Source: a virus
Length of the DNA: 64,000 bases
Virus record (IMG/VR): IMGVR_UViG_3300013023_000001
Span: 1-64,000 of that record
Reading direction: 5' to 3' (one strand)
Shown: positions 1 through 7,063 of the stretch, piece by piece
Numbering within the stretch: the stretch's first letter is position 1
Layout of the letters: each line of letters begins with the position of its first letter
Notes under the pieces: model-generated
What the model was told of the DNA's origin: nothing
The model's input: the letters and a program-made list of their open reading frames with translations, nothing else
Database searches by the model: none
Translations under genes and position numbers: made by a program

Positions 1-185
1 AATGTGTCATCATCCATCTGTAATGACGGCATAGATAACAACATTTCAGCGCTGCCAATAGCCAGTGGCTTAGGTGCGTCACGGTCAAACACTTCTGGAA
101 ACAAAGCAATCAATCGGCCTATGTGTTCCTTGTAGACTTCATGCTGCTTTTGTTTACGCTCTCTTGCAGACTCTTTACGTTTCAT
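1..185 (-). CDS. ProQ/FinO-like RNA-binding protein, N-terminal fragment (gene continues past window start)
   Basis: Truncated at the window edge, so absent from the ORF track. Minus-strand ATG at 185-183 follows AAGGA at 7-nt spacing. Translation: MKRKESARERKQKQHEVYKEHIGRLIALFPEVFDRDAPKPLAIGSAEMLLSMPSLQMDDDT. LIALFPEVF-x6-PLAIG resembles the N-terminal ProQ/FinO signature (E. coli ProQ LAERFPHCF-x8-PLKIG). Only 61 codons are visible. Confidence 0.45.
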   Translation of the reverse strand, partial: MKRKESARERKQKQHEVYKEHIGRLIALFPEVFDRDAPKPLAIGSAEMLLSMPSLQMDDDT

Positions 186-223
186 ATGACATTCCTTACA
201 AGTGGTTACACTTTTCTTTAAGC

Positions 224-249
224 AAAAAAAAGGCGCCCCGAAGGACGCC
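224..249 (-). terminator. Rho-independent terminator
   Basis: Minus strand reads GGCGTCC-TTCG-GGGCGCC followed by T8: a 7-bp GC-rich stem, UUCG loop and U tract. It lies about 30 nt downstream of the stop of 283..687. Confidence 0.85.
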
Positions 250-282
250 GCGCAACTGCACTCAATAATTCTTTAATACAAA

Positions 283-687
283 TTAATTAAAACCTTTATT
301 CTTACCATTGACGAAAACGCCTTGCTTAGTAACAGCCTTAGTGCGTTTGTTTTCATCACGGCCCATAACACAATCAGCACCTTGCGATGATTTATACCAA
401 CCGTCTGGCTCAATTGTGCTACCTTTTACTTTCTGCCTGCCCTTAGTAACCTTTCGTGATTCACGATGTTCTAACGTACCCTTAGCGGCAGGCTTACGAA
501 AACGAGATGATACAGAACTAATCACCTCGGATGATTGTTGTTGTTTACTGACACGTAACATACCACGGCTTAAGCCAGTGTTAGTAAGGTGACGTGATTG
601 GCTACGCAAAGCGATTGCATCAATAGCCGCTTGTTTTTCTTCTGGCGTAGTATCAGCGCCAAAGTTTTTCATTTGCACATATGCCAT
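283..687 (-). CDS. hypothetical basic protein (134 aa)
   Basis: ORF ends just upstream of a strong minus-strand terminator. Lys/Arg/Ser-rich, no family motif recognised. The antisense ORF 308..592 is judged spurious. Confidence 0.6.
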   Translation of the reverse strand: MAYVQMKNFGADTTPEEKQAAIDAIALRSQSRHLTNTGLSRGMLRVSKQQQSSEVISSVSSRFRKPAAKGTLEHRESRKVTKGRQKVKGSTIEPDGWYKSSQGADCVMGRDENKRTKAVTKQGVFVNGKNKGFN

Positions 688-904
688 GTGATATTGATTC
701 CGTAACGAAAATATTAATTGATATGTCTACCCCGTCATTTTTAACTTAGCAGGGTTAGATCAAACGGGATAAACATAACAGTAACATTTGATTGTTGTTA
801 CTTTTTAGTTGTCCGTATTTCAGGGACGCCATTGTATCTATACGCTGGCTAGGTACTATTTAATCATTGTTTAGTTATCTTAACGTGATAACATCGGATA
901 GTCT

Positions 905-960
905 TAGTTGCCCTATCAAGCGTTGCTAGCGTGATTACACGTTGCCAGTGATATGTACTT
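905..960 (-). repeat. Copy A of a ~50-nt leader element (TGGCAACGTG...AGCAA.CG.TTG..ATAGGG)
   Basis: Minus strand: cacTGGCAACGTGtaatcacgctAGCAACGCTTGATAGGGcaac. A second copy lies at 3040-3095 (ggtTGGCAACGTGcagcgggtaAGCAAGCGTTGTTGATAGGGtaaag). Both sit in long untranslated stretches of leftward transcripts. Confidence 0.5.
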
Positions 961-1022
961 ACAATGCTTATAGTAAAGGGTACAACCTTTTCAGATTATA
1001 CCCTTTGACCTATCAACACTGA

Positions 1023-1916
1023 TTAATAATGAGAAGGCTCTTCTTCATTGCCAGTAGTTGCTGGATTGTTACCCTCAGCCTGTGCCGCTTCCGCTGCTTT
1101 CTGTGCTGCAATCGCTTGCTGTGCATCAACACGCGCTTTGAGGCGAGTCATAAAGATGTTGATGCGGGTTTCCAATTGTGCCAGTTCTTCTGGTGTCGCT
1201 GTAACCTGAGTATCTGCTTCGAAGCGGCTTAACAGATGAGTGATAGCAGCTACGGCAGGTACGTTTTTAGATTTAGACAAGCGATCTTCGAAGGTGATCA
1301 TCATCTTATCCAATTGTTCTGGATTGATGGTTGTAGTGCGTGAGCCTTCACCTTCGCCAGTAGTCGCGCCGCCAGTACCATCGTTGCGTAACCATTTAAC
1401 ATCGTCGTGCCATTTGAAGATATCGCCTTCATAGACAACGCCAACTTGTTTCAGGGATTTGTCCATACCAACAGACCAATCCATATTTTTAACCATTGTT
1501 TCTTTGCCCTGAGCAAAGTTATCAAACATACCTTCACGCTTGATTACGTTTTCTTTGGTGCGTTTGACTTTTTCGGCCCACTCTTTCTGGGTAACATCTT
1601 TTGGACGCTCACCCATTGCATCAACCAGATCACCAATTACCGTGTAGTGTTGACGGCGGCCTTTGTTTTCCATAGTCAGACCAACATGAGTCAGTGACTG
1701 TAAGAAAGCGATAACAGCGGAATAATCGCGGTAGTTAACAGAAAAGACAGTATCCATTGCCTCTTGTAACAGCGTGAAATCGCCATGAGCGCGGTAATGC
1801 TGTACAGATGACAGGATAGAGGAAGATACAACCGCTTTATAAGCGCCAGCACGAGTTGAGATAGAGCCGATTACTTCACGGATTTTGTCTTGACCGGAGA
1901 TGATTTCTACTTTCAT
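1023..1916 (-). CDS. hypothetical early protein (297 aa)
   Basis: Long ORF with GAGG 8 nt upstream of the ATG and an Ala/Gln-rich helical C-terminus. No family recognised. The three + strand ORFs inside it are judged antisense artefacts. Confidence 0.7.
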   Translation of the reverse strand: MKVEIISGQDKIREVIGSISTRAGAYKAVVSSSILSSVQHYRAHGDFTLLQEAMDTVFSVNYRDYSAVIAFLQSLTHVGLTMENKGRRQHYTVIGDLVDAMGERPKDVTQKEWAEKVKRTKENVIKREGMFDNFAQGKETMVKNMDWSVGMDKSLKQVGVVYEGDIFKWHDDVKWLRNDGTGGATTGEGEGSRTTTINPEQLDKMMITFEDRLSKSKNVPAVAAITHLLSRFEADTQVTATPEELAQLETRINIFMTRLKARVDAQQAIAAQKAAEAAQAEGNNPATTGNEEEPSHY

Positions 1917-2001
1917 TTGATAAACCTCTAAATATTGTTGATTGGATTAGGCGTTAACCTAGTTACTATTGAGTGAGTGAGCAATGTTGCTCATTAAAAA
2001 A

Positions 2002-2301
2002 TTACTTTGTTTTATATCCGTTAATAGCTAACGGCAAGTTATTTAACGCTCTTTTGAATTCCTTTACAAGAGATTCCACACTACCCCGCGTTGTAGGGTT
2101 TACATAAGCCTTGTTTGCAATCTGCATCAAAGCTAAATGCTCTTTGCGATTAGTAACCATATCAATCTGCATCAACAGATTGTTACGATTATTAATGAAA
2201 TTTTTATAAACCACTTCTGGTTTTACGCCATCCTTTTCTAACTGATCAATACAGCTAGACATTAGTTGGCGGAAAGCCTTTACAACTGTTGACTTTTCCA
2301 T
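2002..2301 (-). CDS. hypothetical early protein (99 aa)
   Basis: ORF preceded by CTTAGCAGGGAAATAAA-ATG. The 65-aa ORF at 3557 has the same CTTAGCAGGG context. No motif recognised. Confidence 0.6.
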   Translation of the reverse strand: MEKSTVVKAFRQLMSSCIDQLEKDGVKPEVVYKNFINNRNNLLMQIDMVTNRKEHLALMQIANKAYVNPTTRGSVESLVKEFKRALNNLPLAINGYKTK

Positions 2302-3195
2302 TTTATTTCCCTGCTAAGGTGTGATTGAGTAAGGTAATTCACCATTAACAGCGCGGGTCATAACTCCACACTGTTAACAGGAAAATTATCTCACGCTCAC
2401 ATAATGCTCATCACATTAAGGCGTACAAGATAACCTCAGCAAAACAAAACCTTAAACAACCTGATAGCGCCTCTTCCTTTCAGAGGGCTATTTTTCCGTT
2501 GCTTAAGGGGTTTACGTTTAGGCACACCGTAGAAGCCTTTACGTTATTTCAATTTTCAATCCCCCGTTTAACAAAGGTGATTCTATTTAGTCCAATGAAT
2601 CTCTAAAGCCGCCTATTCTCCGCGCTTTCAGTTCGATTGCGTTCTGGCCTATCACATACTAACAATCTACTTTTACTTTCACTTCAAACCTTCACACCTC
2701 TACCGCGCTCTATTTAGTAAGCGTCTACCGGACTATTATTGACAGGAGAAATTTACAAACCCTTGTCATTTTTACCGAGTTCATTCTGTGAAGTTAAACT
2801 ATCTCTTTAGTCTCAACACTGGATAGAATCTAAAACCTAATTGTTAAACGGGGTACGCCTTGCGGCGCTCGGATTGGTTAATCGAGGCGAGTTGTTACAC
2901 TCTATACGATGATGAGCTAACTAGTAAGCGTTTCATTTTTACTTCACCTTTCGCTTAACATTAGCGGCTGATTCTGTTTAATGCTTCACCGGATAGGCAA
3001 GCAACAGAAACAACCTGTTAGGCGATTAGCTTTTCATTATTACTTTACCCTATCAACAACGCTTGCTTACCCGCTGCACGTTGCCAACCTACTAACAACC
3101 TGTGAGACTATAAAATCGTCTCGCCTGTCGCTTTCGCTAATGAGCTAACCAATCCAAATTGTTAAAGAACGTTAGTTAACGTCTCCGTTAACCTG
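2302..3195 (-). ncRNA. ~890-nt untranslated leader / candidate non-coding RNA downstream of promoter P-a
   Basis: No ORF of 60 aa or more in any frame; only 3-19 codon mini-ORFs. Contains hairpins with GNRA loops when read on the minus strand: GUUAACG-GAGA-CGUUAAC (3175-3192) and CGCC-GCAA-GGCG (2856-2867). A 7-bp hairpin lies at 3102-3124, and repeat copy B at 3040-3095. Confidence 0.3.
3040..3095 (-). repeat. Copy B of the ~50-nt leader element
   Basis: See 905-960. Shared blocks are TGGCAACGTG, AGCAA, CG(C)TTG and ATAGGG in the same order. Confidence 0.5.
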
Positions 3196-3201
3196 TGAAG
3201 C

Positions 3202-3230
3202 ATTATTACAGAACTACCTGATAAATGCAA
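3202..3230 (-). promoter_or_regulatory. sigma70-type early promoter P-a
   Basis: Minus strand: AAAAATAGTG-TTGCAT-N16-TAATAA, or N17-AATAAT with TGn. An A/T-rich block abuts the -35. Confidence 0.55.
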
Positions 3231-3273
3231 CACTATTTTTCAGTCTGAATCCAGTCTGATAAACCAGCGCTTT

Positions 3274-3348
3274 TCAGCGCCAGCTAATCAAGCAATAACA
3301 ACTAATGAAGCCACAAACAATCATGATTGTAATTATTTGAATTATCAT
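3274..3348 (-). CDS. possible 24-aa hydrophobic peptide
   Basis: Not in the ORF track (too short). GAGGG lies 7 nt upstream of the ATG at 3348. Peptide: MIIQIITIMIVCGFISCYCLISWR. The stop is embedded in the GCGCT-GAAA-AGCGC hairpin. Speculative. Confidence 0.25.
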   Translation of the reverse strand: MIIQIITIMIVCGFISCYCLISWR

Positions 3349-3359
3349 AGTGCTACCCT

Positions 3360-3557
3360 CTATTTAAACGCCACGTTCTTTCCGATGACAGCCTTTAAGC
3401 CGCCCCATTCAGCTAACGTTTTAGCCATGCTTGCATTAGTAACTAATTTCCATTCCTTCTGATACTTGCCTTTATCAAAGACCGCACCAGTTTCATGGTC
3501 AATTAGGACTAACCCTAACATAACACGCTTAAGAGTATTTCTTGCCATGATCAACAT
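3360..3557 (-). CDS. hypothetical early protein (65 aa; likely start at Met4, 3548)
   Basis: The only ORF of 60 aa or more in 2302-5321. AGGGGA precedes the ATG at 3548. It lies about 220 nt downstream of promoter P-b. Confidence 0.55.
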   Translation of the reverse strand: MLIMARNTLKRVMLGLVLIDHETGAVFDKGKYQKEWKLVTNASMAKTLAEWGGLKAVIGKNVAFK

Positions 3558-3776
3558 CCCCTGCTAAGTAAGATAGTTTATCAGACCAGACTCAGACCAA
3601 ATTTTTAAAGAACGGTAAAACTAGGGAAGCCGTTACAACACTCGGTCAGTAATCTTTCCACCTCCGAGAAGCTAACACTTCCTCTTACCTATCAGGTACT
3701 TAGCATTTTCACGCTTCCCTGATTTACTCACCTTTAAGTTACTTAGCGTTTCCGCTTCACTTATCGGCTTGAGAAC

Positions 3777-3804
3777 ATCATATCAGACTGTCGTTTTACG
3801 TCAA
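3777..3804 (-). promoter_or_regulatory. sigma70-type early promoter P-b
   Basis: Minus strand: TTGACG-N16-TATGAT with extended -10 (TGATATGAT). Confidence 0.65.
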
Positions 3805-3995
3805 CCTTTATTTCACTCTCGTTTAAACTTTTTGCTAAGTCATTGATTAACAACAACATACTAAGCGCCAATCCGTTTAAACCTCGTTAGCTTGTAACTC
3901 GCTACTATATAAGGTTAACATAACAGCCTGATTTTTAAAGAACACGATTAACCAATCTATCCGGTCAATCTCACAAGTTGCCTTGCTTGAGATAA

Positions 3996-4023
3996 ATAGT
4001 ATCAGAATCAGCTTAAGACGCAA
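3996..4023 (-). promoter_or_regulatory. sigma70-type early promoter P-c
   Basis: Minus strand: ATAGTTG-TTGCGT-N16-TACTAT with extended -10 (TGATACTAT). Confidence 0.55.
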
Positions 4024-4482
4024 CAACTATTTTCACTTATTTTCAAATTATCTTCTAAGTTACTGAAAACAAAAGAAAAATAATCTAAATAAAATCTTCC
4101 ATCTTTCGAACTAAATTACTAAATCATTGATTCACAACGGTTTATCTTATCCAGTGCCAACCTTTGCAGATTGATAGCCAACAATCACAGCTCACAATAG
4201 ATAGAACGCACACACACGTATATAGCTAAGTGCCAACTGTCAACAACTAAAAACCTTTATAAACCAATCACTTAATCTAACCGCTCAATTCTTAACCTAT
4301 TATCTGGTACTTACCATACTAATCAATCAATGTAATAGAGTTAACCTTGTTAAATAATCTAAGAATAATAATTCAATAAACAATAATTACTCTTATAACC
4401 TTTAACTAACTAATAATTTCAGATGTTAATCCTATCCAGTGAATATAATTTCATTAGGAAACAATTACCATTTATACTGTAT

Positions 4483-4511
4483 ATTATATCATATTTAATA
4501 GTAACAGTCAA
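4483..4511 (-). promoter_or_regulatory. sigma70-type early promoter P-d (near consensus)
   Basis: Minus strand: AAATAGTTC-TTGACT-N17-TATAAT with extended -10 (TGATATAAT). Confidence 0.7.
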
Positions 4512-5321
4512 GAACTATTTCAGTAAGAAACAGAAATAATCTTAGTTAGCTAATGATTAACAATGATATCTAAATTTAACAACTATTTAACAGGCATATA
4601 ACTCTCTATTAACTCTTTTAACGTTTTCGTTACACTCAAACAACGCTGAAAGAAAAGGAAAGAATTAGCGTTACTTATCAGTAACTTACAACGACATACA
4701 TTCTCAAGCTATTACAACCTATTGAATAACCTAATCTAATTAAACGTGGGAATCAGCGCTAGCTTGCTAGCTTATCACTCTCTTGTCTCTTACTTCTCAG
4801 CGGATAGGCTATCAGGAATTGCATAACTATTCAGGGGATGTGAATGCTTTCTCAGCGTACTAACCAGCATCGAACACAGTCTAAATAACAATAGTAAAGT
4901 AATAGTAGCGCCTTTCACACTCTTGCCCTCTTGTCAATATAAATACGGGTAATTTCCCACATTAAATAAGATACAACGTATCGCTGATTTTATACTACAT
5001 GAATCAATAGTTTATACGGGATATGTTCGCTGCATAAGTTGTGCTAATAAAGTGCTGAAATAAAGGGCACCTTACTAATGATAGGGGGTAGGGGTGCATA
5101 GGTATGCAATGCTGGTATAGCTGGAGAAAAGTTAAGCCTTAGTATTGACAAATAACCTTCCCTGTGATTCAAGTCTCACGATGAGGACTCCCCCTTTTAC
5201 AGTTTGTCGCGCGGGCCTATACCTCATTCGTCAGATTTTTGAAAATTAATTTCTTTCGTATGACGGTACTATAAAACTATCTAATTGAATGAATAAGATA
5301 TAGGTTCTTATTGGAGATTTT

Positions 5322-5777
5322 ATGGAATACGAAATTACGAGAGAAGGTGAAGTGATTAACAGTCGTGGTAGAAAACTTTCACCTTATTTGACTGGCAAAG
5401 GTTATTTGTATGTATGCATTAATAGGAAGAGTATTTCTGTTCATAGATTAGTAGCTAACGAGTATATACCCAACCCTGACAACCTTCCTTGTGTTAACCA
5501 TAAGGATGGAGTAAAAACAAACAATCATGTAGATAATTTAGAATGGTGTACCTACTCACACAACAGTACGCATTCATATCAAATCGGGTTATCTAAAATT
5601 AAATTAGGACAAGATACTTCTAATGCAGTTCTATCAGAGAACATTGTAAAAGAAATAAAACAAACTTTCGTTAAAGGTAGCAGAACAAATGGGGCAAGCG
5701 CACTTGCTAGAAAATTTAACGTAGGTATTACAACTGTACACGATATTGTGACAGGAAAAACATGGAGACACGTTTAA
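5322..5777 (+). CDS. HNH homing endonuclease
   Basis: NPDNLPCVNHKDGVKTNNHVDNLEWCTYSHN is an HNH motif. The C-terminal ARKFNVGITTVHDIVTGKTW resembles a helix-turn-helix. A clear paralogue lies at 45905..46300. Confidence 0.85.
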   Translation: MEYEITREGEVINSRGRKLSPYLTGKGYLYVCINRKSISVHRLVANEYIPNPDNLPCVNHKDGVKTNNHVDNLEWCTYSHNSTHSYQIGLSKIKLGQDTSNAVLSENIVKEIKQTFVKGSRTNGASALARKFNVGITTVHDIVTGKTWRHV

Positions 5778-6256
5778 TGAGTAATTATGTTGAGAGAATT
5801 AAACTACTGACAGAACTATTTGATGAAGGTCACATCACTGAACAAGAGTTCGGTGAATTGGTAGGTAGTATTCGTGGTGGTGCTGTGAATGAAGCTTATG
5901 ACCAAGTAGGCATTAATAGCGAAGACAAAGTAAGCATTGGTGGTTACGATTTAGTTGTCGAAGGTGATGAACAATGGCTAGAGGAAGTGAATAATCCAAA
6001 CAAGCTAGATGAGTATGAAACTTTCTTTAATAACTCAGGGTTCACACATCATGGCTATCACGATAATAGTAAGAGATACAATAAATGGAAATCGAATAAG
6101 GTCAATGAATGCAATGTTAGATGCGAGGGCGATGAGGTAGTTTGTAATCACCCATTCATATCATTTGAAAACAATGAACCTACTCCAGTGAAAGAACATC
6201 CTGCTTATCCTAAAATCCTTCAAGCTATTAAAGAGGGTAAGATTGTTCTTAGCTGA
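5777..6256 (+). CDS. hypothetical protein (159 aa from the TAATG-coupled start)
   Basis: The ATG at 5777 overlaps the HNH stop (TAATG). Acidic protein, no motif recognised. Confidence 0.6.
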   Translation: MSNYVERIKLLTELFDEGHITEQEFGELVGSIRGGAVNEAYDQVGINSEDKVSIGGYDLVVEGDEQWLEEVNNPNKLDEYETFFNNSGFTHHGYHDNSKRYNKWKSNKVNECNVRCEGDEVVCNHPFISFENNEPTPVKEHPAYPKILQAIKEGKIVLS

Positions 6257-6575
6257 GTAAGAGTACGAATGTTGTGGAGGGGAGAAAGTAGTTAGGCATA
6301 TGTGTCACTGAATGGAGTGAACATTCCCTGATGAAACCTCCCCTTCACGATGTTCATAATCTAGGTGATTCGCTACCTTAAGTGCGGGACGATAAACACT
6401 AGGTGGGCATCAATGACTAATGTCCCCTTCATACTAGAATGCCATTCATAGCTTTAGTTTCCCCTTCTTTCAGAGGAAGGAGCGTAAGCGACACGCCGAA
6501 GACCCCGCGTAGCTGGGGGCGGAGGTGGAACCGGCGCGAAAATATTTATAATGAAGAGAAAGGAGAACTATTAAA

Positions 6576-6995
6576 ATGGATAGCGAACAATTGAAAAGGT
6601 TGGCTGGGGTTACTGATGAATATGAAGAAAAAGGTATGAACCCACAGTCAGGTAAGTTCGAGAAAGGTAATAAGTTCGGAAGAGCTAAAGGTAAAAGAAA
6701 CAAATTAACTCAAGCTATGCTAGACCGTGTTGCTCAAGCTGGTTTATCCCCTGATGAAGTGTTGATTGATATTTATCAAGACCCAACAATTCCTCCTGAC
6801 TTAAGATTCAAAGCTGCATCTAAGATTGCCGATTTGGTTTATCCTAAAGCTGCATCAATTGAAGTTAAGATGGATGAACATGAAGCTATGTCTGAGGAAC
6901 AATTAGATAATCGCATTCGTGATTTCTTGTCTGCTAATTTGGGTAAAGATGTTTTGCCTCCGTCAGACGATGAAGATGATTCAGATGACGACTAA
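6576..6995 (+). CDS. putative terminase small subunit
   Basis: 139 aa directly upstream of terL, after an AAGGAG SD. Basic N-terminal GNKFGRAKGKRNKLT segment and acidic DDEDDSDDD tail. Called from position and size only. Confidence 0.45.
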   Translation: MDSEQLKRLAGVTDEYEEKGMNPQSGKFEKGNKFGRAKGKRNKLTQAMLDRVAQAGLSPDEVLIDIYQDPTIPPDLRFKAASKIADLVYPKAASIEVKMDEHEAMSEEQLDNRIRDFLSANLGKDVLPPSDDEDDSDDD

Positions 6996-7010
6996 AGGTT
7001 AATATAGGAA

Positions 7011-7048
7011 GGGGCCGCTCTTATTAATTTAGGGTAGCCCCTTTTTTT
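7011..7048 (+). terminator. hairpin + T7 tract between terS-like gene and terL (terminator/attenuator)
   Basis: GGGGCCGCTC...GGGTAGCCCC imperfect 10-bp stem followed by TTTTTTT. Confidence 0.5.
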
Positions 7049-7063
7049 CGTGATGGAGGAAAA

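Noticed and set aside
74-268. 64-aa + strand ORF at the left edge.
   Set aside because: It runs antisense across the ProQ-like start and through the minus-strand terminator hairpin. It has no SD. It is judged spurious.
995-1000. Perfect TATAAT on the minus strand upstream of the 134-aa gene.
   Set aside because: No acceptable -35 lies at 16-18 nt and there is no TGn. The hexamer sits in the loop of the hairpin 976-1005. It is likely coincidental in AT-rich sequence.
1029-1697. Three + strand ORFs (1029-1232, 1240-1434, 1407-1697). Similar antisense ORFs occur inside terL, portal, capsid, fibres, the 1350-aa gene, polymerase, helicase and the amidotransferase.
   Set aside because: Each is embedded antisense or out of frame in a longer ORF with recognisable motifs or tight operon context. 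Their sequences are low-complexity (Leu/Ser/Phe/Cys-rich), as expected from reading real genes backwards.
1957-1990. GAGCAA-TG-TTGCTC palindrome plus A/T run between the 99-aa and 297-aa genes, considered as a terminator.
   Set aside because: On the transcribed (minus) strand the T-run precedes rather than follows the hairpin, and the loop is too small. It is not a canonical intrinsic terminator.
5145-5173. TTGACA on the + strand as a rightward sigma70 promoter for the late arm.
   Set aside because: The hexamer 17 nt downstream is TTCAAG, so there is no credible -10. Late genes are more likely driven by the phage sigma factor.
5086-5200. tRNA/tmRNA-like look: G-rich 5' end, a GTGA-TTCAAGTC-TCAC hairpin resembling a T-arm, and a CCCCC 3' end.
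   Set aside because: The T-like loop is 8 nt, not 7. The putative acceptor arms pair for only about 6 bp with mismatches. The span of about 110 nt fits no tRNA class, and no D-arm or anticodon arm could be drawn. It is kept only as a generic structured element.
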